Shown: piece by piece, positions 26,740-33,212 of the stretch
How the letters are laid out: each line of letters begins with the position of its first letter
How positions within the stretch are numbered: position 1 is the stretch's first letter
Virus record (IMG/VR): IMGVR_UViG_3300016478_000097
Span: 1-34,762 of that record
Length of the DNA stretch: 34,762 nt
Reading direction: 5' to 3' (one strand)
Source of the DNA: a virus
Taxonomy: Duplodnaviria > Caudoviricetes
Made by a program: the position numbers and the translations under genes
Notes under the pieces: model-generated
Databases searched by the model: none
What the model saw: only the letters and a program-made list of their open reading frames with translations
What the model was told of the DNA's origin: nothing

Positions 26740-27453
26740 ATATTATACCACAATTATTCAGAAAGTTCAACATCAATTTGCGTCATTGCATTCGATTCCG
26801 AAAGAACAAAATCAACTTCGGAGGACAACTGCGAAATTTCATCAGTCAGCTTCTCGATTCGACTCTGAATGTTCATAGGGTCAAGAAGATTAGCCTCTTT
26901 TTGTTCCTTCTGAGGAAGGGTGATTGCCTTATGCATTTCCGCATCAACTTTGCCTTTCTCGTTCCCATAGATGGTATTTAGGGACGCTGTAATGGCCGTA
27001 TCCAGTTCCAAATTTGCCTTATCAACTTCCCGAGTCTCAAGCATAAGCTGGTTACGCAGAGTGTTCAGGTACTGTTGTCGGAAAGACACAGTAGACTTCA
27101 GTTCAATAGCTTCTGCTACAGTCATGGATCGACCAAGTACAGAGACATAGGTAGAAGCGTTAGAAAGCACGATTGCAGACTTGATCTTTTCTCGGTTGAT
27201 GATCAGAGCATCAACCTTGTCAAACGATGCCTGAATCTTGTTCTTGGCTTGTTCTACGCTGACATTAGGAATGCCAATGACCTTCTGAAACTTGTTATGA
27301 CCAACAGTGCGCGAAACAAACTTACCCTGAAGGATAGCCTGTTCGATTCGGTCATTCAGACGCTTCAGTTCGACAAGAGCACGAGTAATCGACATTTTCA
27401 TGATTAACTTCCTTTTATAAAAACTTTGAACCTATATTATACCACAATTATTC
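26740..27453. repeat. Exact 20-bp direct repeat ATATTATACCACAATTATTC at 26740-26759 and 27434-27453
   Basis: Direct comparison; each copy contains GAA-TAA (end of upstream gene) + TTGTGGTATAAT. Confidence 0.85.
26754..27401 (-). CDS. DIP1984 / DUF6847-like long coiled-coil protein
   Basis: MSITRAL.ELK.L..RI, IK.AI..SNA.T.V......MTVAEAI, LLDP, VD..LSESNA.T.I motifs; AAGGA SD. Confidence 0.7.
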   Translation of the reverse strand: MKMSITRALVELKRLNDRIEQAILQGKFVSRTVGHNKFQKVIGIPNVSVEQAKNKIQASFDKVDALIINREKIKSAIVLSNASTYVSVLGRSMTVAEAIELKSTVSFRQQYLNTLRNQLMLETREVDKANLELDTAITASLNTIYGNEKGKVDAEMHKAITLPQKEQKEANLLDPMNIQSRIEKLTDEISQLSSEVDFVLSESNAMTQIDVELSE

Positions 27454-27717
27454 GTATACATCAGCAAAAGGATCAAACTTTTTTGGATTTTTTGCCCAAT
27501 AATGCAATGCTTCAAGTTCATCAAATCCAATCAAAGAGTCACCAACATCAGCAAACATTATTCGTTGTCCTTTGCTTGTTCCCTTTTTAGAAAACCCATC
27601 AGGATCGCAAACCATCCACGCAAATGCATAAAAATTATCAATATCTTCCTCTGTTTCCAGAGTAATAGTAATTTTTACTTTTTTGTTAGAAAAAGAAGTT
27701 TTGCTTTCAATCATCAC
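27448..27717 (-). CDS. Hypothetical protein
   Basis: GGAG SD; coupled to previous gene. Confidence 0.65.
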   Translation of the reverse strand: MMIESKTSFSNKKVKITITLETEEDIDNFYAFAWMVCDPDGFSKKGTSKGQRIMFADVGDSLIGFDELEALHYWAKNPKKFDPFADVYE

Positions 27718-28175
27718 ATTTCTCCGTATTGGAACAACATTGCAACCTGAGATTGCGAAGAATTATTGAAGGTATCGATAAGATTTCCATCAACAAGAGC
27801 AATCGCATGACCCTTAATAATAACGACAAACTTTCCAAAAGGAAGAGACTTTACCAAGTTACCAAGAGTAATCGGCTTGTTCTGACTTCCTTCAACCACA
27901 TCAAAATACTTAGCAGCATGGTCAATACCACATTTAGCTGCCCTAGTTTTACCAAACACACCAACAAATTGAAATCCGAGTTCCTTCATGGAAGGCATAA
28001 TCACATCATAACGAACCCCTTTGTTATCCTTACGACCGTTCTTCTTCAGAACATAGTGAACTGAGTCATAATCCATACCAGAAGAATTAGCCATAGCACG
28101 AACAGTACAATCATTGCTTTCGCCATGCTTAGTAGCACCGTAGCCAGCAGATTTGATGTAGGTCTTGGTTTTCAT
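27714..28175 (-). CDS. Hypothetical protein, possible papain-like (Cys-His-Asp) fold
   Basis: NDCTVRA...GHAIALVDG...D. Confidence 0.6.
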   Translation of the reverse strand: MKTKTYIKSAGYGATKHGESNDCTVRAMANSSGMDYDSVHYVLKKNGRKDNKGVRYDVIMPSMKELGFQFVGVFGKTRAAKCGIDHAAKYFDVVEGSQNKPITLGNLVKSLPFGKFVVIIKGHAIALVDGNLIDTFNNSSQSQVAMLFQYGEM

Positions 28176-28210
28176 GATGTTGCGATCAAGTGTGTTGCAG
28201 TATGAGGTAG

Positions 28211-28219
28211 ATTATATCA
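28211..28219 (-). promoter_or_regulatory. Extended -10 TGA-TATAAT
   Basis: The TGn is the upstream stop codon; C/A-rich leader follows. Confidence 0.55.
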
Positions 28220-28405
28220 TGCTTCCCCGGTCAGGCGCTCATACTCTTGAAGAAAATATTCGCAGTATTCTTTCATCTTAGCCATAGACTGACGCTCTTC
28301 GTTAGTCAGGTTCATTTCGAGAATGTTCTCAGAATCTGCCATAGCCTCAACGCAATCAAAAAGATCGGATGCAGTGTTCTTAAAGCGGCAGTAAGACATG
28401 TTCAT
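28217..28405 (-). CDS. Small conserved phage protein (MSYCRF.NT type)
   Basis: MNMSYCRFKNT..DL.DC; GGAG SD. Confidence 0.75.
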   Translation of the reverse strand: MNMSYCRFKNTASDLFDCVEAMADSENILEMNLTNEERQSMAKMKEYCEYFLQEYERLTGEA

Positions 28406-28432
28406 GGTGTTCTCCGTGTTGTTGAAGTCTCT

Positions 28433-28441
28433 AGTATATCA
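28433..28441 (-). promoter_or_regulatory. Extended -10 TGA-TATACT
   Basis: The TGn is the sigma gene stop codon; C/A-rich leader and SD follow. Confidence 0.55.
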
Positions 28442-29221
28442 GAAAAAATCTTCTTTGGTATACCCAACATCGAAAAGTTCGTTCTTGATTTTGAGAAGAG
28501 ATGCTTTTTCAATCTGACGAATTCTTTCAACGCTAACACCAAATTGTTTACTCAGACTGGTTAGGCTGACCGATTTGTCACCAAAAAACCTAGCAGTAAT
28601 AATTTTCTTTTCTCGTTCACTCAGTATAGAAATAGACTTAGCGATTGCTTCAGAATTGACTAAAAATTCTTCGTTGATTTCATACTCTTGATCAGGAGTA
28701 TTTCCTTCAAACTCAATATCAATTTCCTGAGAATCAGCATCCTGTTGATCGAGAGAAAAATAAGTTTCTTTCATCGAATCTTCAAATTTTCTAATCAATT
28801 CAACAGAAACATTATGATCTTCTGCAAACTTTTTTGCCTTTTCTTCAGGAAGATTCCAAGAATTATCTTCGGAATAATTAAGATAATTGTGATAGATTTT
28901 CCTCATATTTTTAGTTGTAATCTTTTTAATCGGTCGATCATCAAGAACAAACTGTTGCATATCAAACCTAACACGATGCATTGCATATGAAGCAAATTTC
29001 ACACCAGAATTTCTGTCATACTTTTTCACTGCTGTATGGAGAGCCATCAAACCAACTTGGACAATATCATCGAAATTCAAAAAATTCCAATATTTTCTTT
29101 TCGCCATTGCATAAACCATTTTTGCATGACTGTTGAACAGTTCGTCATCTGTTGCTTTTGTATAGTCACCAGAAAACAGAGGATAGTCCATAATGTAGTT
29201 AACAAAAGTAGCTTGGCTCAT
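28439..29221 (-). CDS. Sigma70-family factor, RpoH (sigma32)-like
   Basis: Region 2 D..Q.G..AL..AV.KYD...GVKFASYA; RpoH-box-like K.ITTKN.RKIY.N; region 4 LSERE..II.ARF...L..L...FGVS.ERIRQIE. Confidence 0.85.
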   Translation of the reverse strand: MSQATFVNYIMDYPLFSGDYTKATDDELFNSHAKMVYAMAKRKYWNFLNFDDIVQVGLMALHTAVKKYDRNSGVKFASYAMHRVRFDMQQFVLDDRPIKKITTKNMRKIYHNYLNYSEDNSWNLPEEKAKKFAEDHNVSVELIRKFEDSMKETYFSLDQQDADSQEIDIEFEGNTPDQEYEINEEFLVNSEAIAKSISILSEREKKIITARFFGDKSVSLTSLSKQFGVSVERIRQIEKASLLKIKNELFDVGYTKEDFF

Positions 29222-29254
29222 TTTTTGTGTTGTTGATGTTGTTGGTAAGACTAG

Positions 29255-29295
29255 ATTATACAACAAAAAACCCAAGGGGTTTATTCCTTGGGTTT
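29255..29295 (-). terminator. Terminator after groES abutting a TATAAT box for the sigma gene
   Basis: CCCAAGG...CCTTGGG + TTTTTT, then TATAAT at 29255-29260. Confidence 0.7.
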
Positions 29296-29318
29296 CTTTT
29301 TAGTCGTCTAAAAGATGT

Positions 29319-29582
29319 TTATTCTTCGACGATTGCTGCAATATACTGCTCATCGATGATAGCCATCATCTGACCATCAACCTTGACAGGATGACCTTTA
29401 CCCCATTCCAGATAGACGATATCACCAACCTTTACTTCAGTCACATCAGGACCGATTTCAAGGATTACTGCCGCAGTAGTTTCTGTTGATTTACCAGAAA
29501 GAACAATACCAGAGTCTGTTACATTTTCATTTGGTTTTTCTGTTACCAGAATTTTTTTACCGAATGGTTTAATTTTTGTCAT
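29319..29582 (-). CDS. groES: Co-chaperonin GroES/Cpn10
   Basis: IKP...ILV, T.SGIVL, IGPDV.EVKVGD.V, I.E..I.AIVE. Confidence 0.88.
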   Translation of the reverse strand: MTKIKPFGKKILVTEKPNENVTDSGIVLSGKSTETTAAVILEIGPDVTEVKVGDIVYLEWGKGHPVKVDGQMMAIIDEQYIAAIVEE

Positions 29583-29854
29583 TTAGATTCAATCTTAAAA
29601 ATAGAGTTAAAGTTAACCAATTCAAAACCCTTCATGTTTTTGCGACCAGTGAGGGGTTTAGGAACACCATCACGACGATATTGAACCAGAATTGCATCTT
29701 CACCAGACAGCTTAGAGACGGCAGCAACAACTGGATACTTTGCATTATTGAAGTCATATTTCAGAATTTCAACATTGCGTCCATACCGAGTAGTGTACTT
29801 CTCACCAGAAGAAACGGCAAATTGACGACGCTTGGCTGCAATTTTCTTGATCAT
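29579..29854 (-). CDS. Hypothetical basic protein
   Basis: TR.GR.V.I......YPVVA motif; coupled to groES. Confidence 0.65.
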   Translation of the reverse strand: MIKKIAAKRRQFAVSSGEKYTTRYGRNVEILKYDFNNAKYPVVAAVSKLSGEDAILVQYRRDGVPKPLTGRKNMKGFELVNFNSIFKIESK

Positions 29855-29889
29855 GATATGAAATTATTGGTTAAGTTGATTGGGTTGGA

Positions 29890-30138
29890 TTACTTGCTGT
29901 TTACAAACTTATACAGTTGCTCTGCCTGCTTGACTACATCATCGAATGTGAATGCTTTCGGTGCAAACTTTTCCCATTCAGCATAAGTAGCCTTGCCGTG
30001 ATCAACTGCTGTTTGAATTGCACGCATAGCAACTTCGGTATTTACGGATTGAATCCGATCAAGGTAGTCATAAGACATCTTGAGCATATCCATACGAAGT
30101 TCATATGCATTTTTGCTTGTGGTTGACTGTTGAGTCAT
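29890..30138 (-). CDS. Small conserved T4-like hypothetical protein
   Basis: NAYELR...LKM...AE.LY.FV; AAGGA SD. Confidence 0.75.
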   Translation of the reverse strand: MTQQSTTSKNAYELRMDMLKMSYDYLDRIQSVNTEVAMRAIQTAVDHGKATYAEWEKFAPKAFTFDDVVKQAEQLYKFVNSK

Positions 30139-30176
30139 TTTGTGTTTCCTTTCTAGGGAGTTGTGTGAAAGTTGTT

Positions 30177-30288
30177 GGAACAGGTTTGGAATCGAACCAA
30201 TAAGAATCTCCTTGCTTTGCTGACGCCTTGAACAAAGTGCTTATAGGAGTAAGTATACCACACTTCAGTTGCTACTGTCTACCTGTTC
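30177..30288 (-). ncRNA. tRNA-like RNA (112 nt), non-canonical
   Basis: GAACAGGT/ACCTGTTC closing stem stacked on TTGG-TTCGATT-CCAA T-arm; no 7-nt anticodon loop; CTAAATA ends 4 nt upstream. Confidence 0.65.
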
Positions 30289-30295
30289 AAAATAT

Positions 30296-30715
30296 TTAGT
30301 CGATGTTTCGATGAAGTTTTTGATGATTGTTGTCATATTGATTTGCTAGATATGCGAGGTAAGTGTAGAATCGTTCGTTGAATCTTAAAATAAAGTTTTT
30401 AACCCAATATCGCCTAATTTCAAACGGATAATTCGCATTTTGCAATTTTGAATAAATCTCATAACCAGACTTTGGATTCACTAAGGTGTCTTCAAAAAAG
30501 TCTCCAACAAAATCACAATATTCTTCTTCATTATTATCATTTAGTTCATCAAACCATTTCAGTCTGCGAATAATAAATTCAGGAGAATTACAAATAACAA
30601 CTCCATATTCACCAGCAAGCCACTCATCAGGAGCATCCGTCTGTGCTTTCATTAGATGTAAATTTGGAGCAATTTCAGCAATATAAATTGCATCTGTTAT
30701 GCACTGTAGGCACAT
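30296..30715 (-). CDS. Hypothetical protein
   Basis: N-terminal CxxC; coupled to upstream gene. Confidence 0.65.
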   Translation of the reverse strand: MCLQCITDAIYIAEIAPNLHLMKAQTDAPDEWLAGEYGVVICNSPEFIIRRLKWFDELNDNNEEEYCDFVGDFFEDTLVNPKSGYEIYSKLQNANYPFEIRRYWVKNFILRFNERFYTYLAYLANQYDNNHQKLHRNID

Positions 30716-30915
30716 TATTTATAATCCTTTTCAAGAATTTCATTAATGATTTTTAGATCAAATTCCAAATCAGAGATTTTCTCTCGAATGTCATCATATT
30801 CTGTCATGCCAAATACATCATTACCGTTAGTAATATAACCAAGATAAAGTTTAGCAGCTTTATCTTTTAGACGAGTGAGTTCAGATTCGATTAGTTCTTT
30901 TCGGTCTTGTAACAT
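30715..30915 (-). CDS. Small coiled-coil protein
   Basis: AGGAG SD. Confidence 0.65.
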   Translation of the reverse strand: MLQDRKELIESELTRLKDKAAKLYLGYITNGNDVFGMTEYDDIREKISDLEFDLKIINEILEKDYK

Positions 30916-30928
30916 TTTATTCTCCTAA

Positions 30929-31055
30929 AAGTTTTATAGACACACTCTCTCCGTCAAGAGGATTTTCATCGCGCTAGCTAGGCTGCTTCGTTATGTGGTC
31001 CAGGTGGCAAACCTCTAAAGGCCAATAACCAATGATGAATGTGTTTATAAAACTT
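30929..31055 (-). ncRNA. Stem-closed RNA module 1
   Basis: ~18-bp imperfect inverted repeat (30929-30946 / 31038-31055) enclosing a GC-richer multi-hairpin core; strand inferred from neighbours. Confidence 0.55.
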
Positions 31056-31229
31056 ATGGTATCCTACTTTGCGCTACCGTTCGGAACAATAAGACAAGCT
31101 TCTGAGTTAGCACCTCAGTGTCTTTTAGCAGACCTAGGACTCGACCCTAGCACACTATCTTACTTACCACCAGTGCTAATGATAGCAAGATACGATGTGA
31201 ACCTATCTCTGCGATTGCTTTATACCATA
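31055..31229 (-). ncRNA. Stem-closed RNA module 2 with T-arm-like hairpin
   Basis: TATGGTAT/ATACCATA ends; CTAGG-GTCGAGT-CCTAG (31134-31150); two further long hairpins. Confidence 0.5.
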
Positions 31230-31325
31230 TTAAACACATCTTGAAGAAGGACTTGCACCTTCATTTGACTTCCTAATTAGGAAGTCCCATCAAAAGACCT
31301 GTTGCGGTCAAGATGTGTTTAATAT
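31227..31325 (-). ncRNA. Stem-closed RNA module 3, cloverleaf-like
   Basis: Perfect 18-bp inverted repeat (31227-31244 / 31308-31325); GACC/GGTC, GACTTCCT/AGGAAGTC and GAAGG-TGCAAGT-CCTTC arms. Confidence 0.65.
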
Positions 31326-31443
31326 AGTGACATAAGCTATTATGGAGAGTGGGACTCACCCTTACAGTTGTCGTTTCCGTAGATTTAACCCCACAACGCT
31401 ACGGAATTCACTGGCAACTGTCTAGGCTCTTATGTCAATATAT
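31322..31443 (-). ncRNA. Stem-closed RNA module 4
   Basis: TGACATAAG/CTTATGTCA closing stem; nested ACAGTTG/CAACTGT and TTCCGTAG/CTACGGAA helices. Confidence 0.55.
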
Positions 31444-31451
31444 TCTATTGC

Positions 31452-31628
31452 TCAAGCAAAACGATGAAGAGTTCCTAAATTATATGCTTGAATCAATGCT
31501 TCTTTTATGGACCAAGTTGATATATCATGAAAATCCAGAGAATCGTTATTAAACGTTTTGAAAGTGTTAACTCCAAGACAATCCTTAGCTATTTCAAGCA
31601 ATTTCTGTTCTGTTTCGGTGGAAGTCAT
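31452..31628 (-). CDS. Small conserved hypothetical protein
   Basis: L.EIA...LG..T......DSLDFHD...W.IK.AL..AY..G motif. Confidence 0.7.
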   Translation of the reverse strand: MTSTETEQKLLEIAKDCLGVNTFKTFNNDSLDFHDISTWSIKEALIQAYNLGTLHRFA

Positions 31629-31629
31629 A

Positions 31630-31995
31630 TTATGCACCATATTCTTCGATTTTTGCGACAATTTCTTTGATCTTATTCAGATTTTTCTTGGGGAGAGCAA
31701 ACCCAAGTTCGTTCCAAAGAGTAGCAATAGCACGTTCACGATTGAGATAAACATCCCTAGCATTCTTGGTTTCGATGCTTTCCAAGCTAGTAGTACGATA
31801 ACTACTAGAACCAATTTCGACATTTTTCTTAGCAGAGAAGGTACGGTCACGACCAGTAGCATCCCTGACGATGACCTTAACCTTATCAGCCTTGATGACC
31901 GTTCCCACATTAGCCGTAACGGAACCAAATCCACCATATCGAACCATCGAAACAGCGTCGCCAACCTTCAGAGTCTTGATGTCAAATGCTTGCAT
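31630..31995 (-). CDS. Hypothetical early protein (KOW/SH3-like N-terminus)
   Basis: LKVGD.V...G.VIK; own TGcTATAAT promoter at 32031-32039. Confidence 0.7.
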   Translation of the reverse strand: MQAFDIKTLKVGDAVSMVRYGGFGSVTANVGTVIKADKVKVIVRDATGRDRTFSAKKNVEIGSSSYRTTSLESIETKNARDVYLNRERAIATLWNELGFALPKKNLNKIKEIVAKIEEYGA

Positions 31996-32041
31996 GATAT
32001 TTACCTGTGTTTGTGTGTTGCGATGAAGGTATTATAGCACT

Positions 32042-32251
32042 TTATTCTACTCTGGTGTTACCAGCAAGAACTTTTCGTTTGATTTCTTCGATGTAGTCAG
32101 CATGACTATTATACCAGTTAGCACCAGATTGGTTATTATTAATCAAACATTTACCTGCTTCAACAAGTGCTTTGGTTTTTGCTGCTTGAAGAATGTCCAT
32201 CAGATTAGTAGCGTCAATATCACTCAAGGTGAATTCAAATTTGACTGTCAT
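32042..32251 (-). CDS. Hypothetical protein
   Basis: TAATG coupling. Confidence 0.65.
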   Translation of the reverse strand: MTVKFEFTLSDIDATNLMDILQAAKTKALVEAGKCLINNNQSGANWYNSHADYIEEIKRKVLAGNTRVE

Positions 32252-32454
32252 TACTCAACCCCAAAATGTTCGCGGATACTGTGATAACCGGCAAGACGGA
32301 TTCGCTGTTCGCTAGACATTTCGTACTCTGACCACTTTGTTTGGTTAGCACACTCATTGATAATGAGTTCAGCAAAAATTTTAATACGTTCATCAAGAGA
32401 TTCAAATGCAGAAAATCCTGCTTGTTGAGCAATTTCACGAATTAGGTTGTTCAT
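32251..32454 (-). CDS. Small conserved phage protein
   Basis: MN..IRE.A.QAG...FAELII.EC...I.EHFGVE; AAGGA SD. Confidence 0.75.
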   Translation of the reverse strand: MNNLIREIAQQAGFSAFESLDERIKIFAELIINECANQTKWSEYEMSSEQRIRLAGYHSIREHFGVE

Positions 32455-32482
32455 ATCGTAGTCCTTATGTCTGTTGATTATG

Positions 32483-32671
32483 TCACATGTCAAGAAACTT
32501 AAAAAGCTCTTCATCGACAGCAACTTGAGTATTAGACTCAACGGTTTCAAGCATTCGTTTCAGATTAGTAAGACGATCAATGCGATCATATTCATTTCGA
32601 TATTTCATGCGCGAAATCTCAGTGTTTACAGTAACCAACAAATATTCAGCGGGTTTGTAGATGGTCAGCAT
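32483..32671 (-). CDS. Hypothetical protein
   Basis: AAGGAG SD; TATAAT at 32691-32696. Confidence 0.65.
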   Translation of the reverse strand: MLTIYKPAEYLLVTVNTEISRMKYRNEYDRIDRLTNLKRMLETVESNTQVAVDEELFKFLDM

Positions 32672-32707
32672 TTGATTACTCCTTTTAGTGATTATACACT
32701 ATTCTGC

Positions 32708-32848
32708 TTATACCTGAAAGAACTTTTTCATATCAGAACGCCACTGTACAAAAGGCATCTTTTCGCCAAACCCCCAGTAGCATCGATTTTTCCAAAACTG
32801 ACAGAACATCAGAAAGTCGCCATTCCAGTCATGTTGCAGATGATCCAT
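32708..32848 (-). CDS. Small aromatic-rich protein (46 aa, not in ORF track)
   Basis: MDHLQHDWNGDFLMFCQFWKNRCYWGFGEKMPFVQWRSDMKKFFQV; AAGGA SD; TATAAT at 32879-32884. Confidence 0.6.
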   Translation of the reverse strand: MDHLQHDWNGDFLMFCQFWKNRCYWGFGEKMPFVQWRSDMKKFFQV

Positions 32849-32879
32849 TGTATGTCCTTGAGTGTTTGTGTAGGCTCAA

Positions 32880-33212
32880 TTATACGCTGTTCTGAGAGTC
32901 TTGCAACAACTTTTTGAGTCTTTTTACTTCTGATTTCAAGCCACGATTTTCATACTCAAGCCTACCATACCTATCTTGTAGGTCACGGAACATTTCACCA
33001 AAGTCAACATCATATTCCATAAGGGCTTCTTCTGGATAGATAAGAAACTTGCCATTATCCCAATCAAACCCCATATACATATTTTTGACTGGAACTGATG
33101 GTGTTCCGCCAATCGTGTCAAACGGTTTCTTAATTACAATCTCAACTTTAATGTGGGCATATCTGTCATTTGCAAGAAGATGACATAGCCTAGTAAGTTC
33201 TGAAAATTTCAT
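32880..33212 (-). CDS. Hypothetical protein
   Basis: GG.P.V.V.....GFDWDNGK..I.P motif; ATGA coupling to radical SAM gene. Confidence 0.7.
   Translation of the reverse strand: MKFSELTRLCHLLANDRYAHIKVEIVIKKPFDTIGGTPSVPVKNMYMGFDWDNGKFLIYPEEALMEYDVDFGEMFRDLQDRYGRLEYENRGLKSEVKRLKKLLQDSQNSV

Noticed and set aside
26644-26868. + strand 74-aa ORF over the ncRNA and gene end
   Set aside because: TTG start, no SD, antisense to a conserved gene and promoter.
11384-26981. CTAAATA matches inside rnh, gp40, uvsX and the DIP1984-like gene
   Set aside because: A 7-mer is expected by chance at this AT content; only copies just upstream of starts were kept.
30177-31325. Canonical tRNA genes or tmRNA
   Set aside because: T-arm-like hairpins exist, but there is no D-arm plus 7-nt anticodon loop at tRNA spacing and no tag ORF.
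30929-31443. Self-cleaving ribozyme (hammerhead or HDV-like) in the RNA array
   Set aside because: Could not find the CUGANGA/GAAA core or a convincing HDV pseudoknot by eye; needs a covariance-model search.
31032-31552. + strand ORFs 31032..31244 and 31349..31552
   Set aside because: Against local transcription direction, no recognisable motifs; nested helices explain the sequence better.
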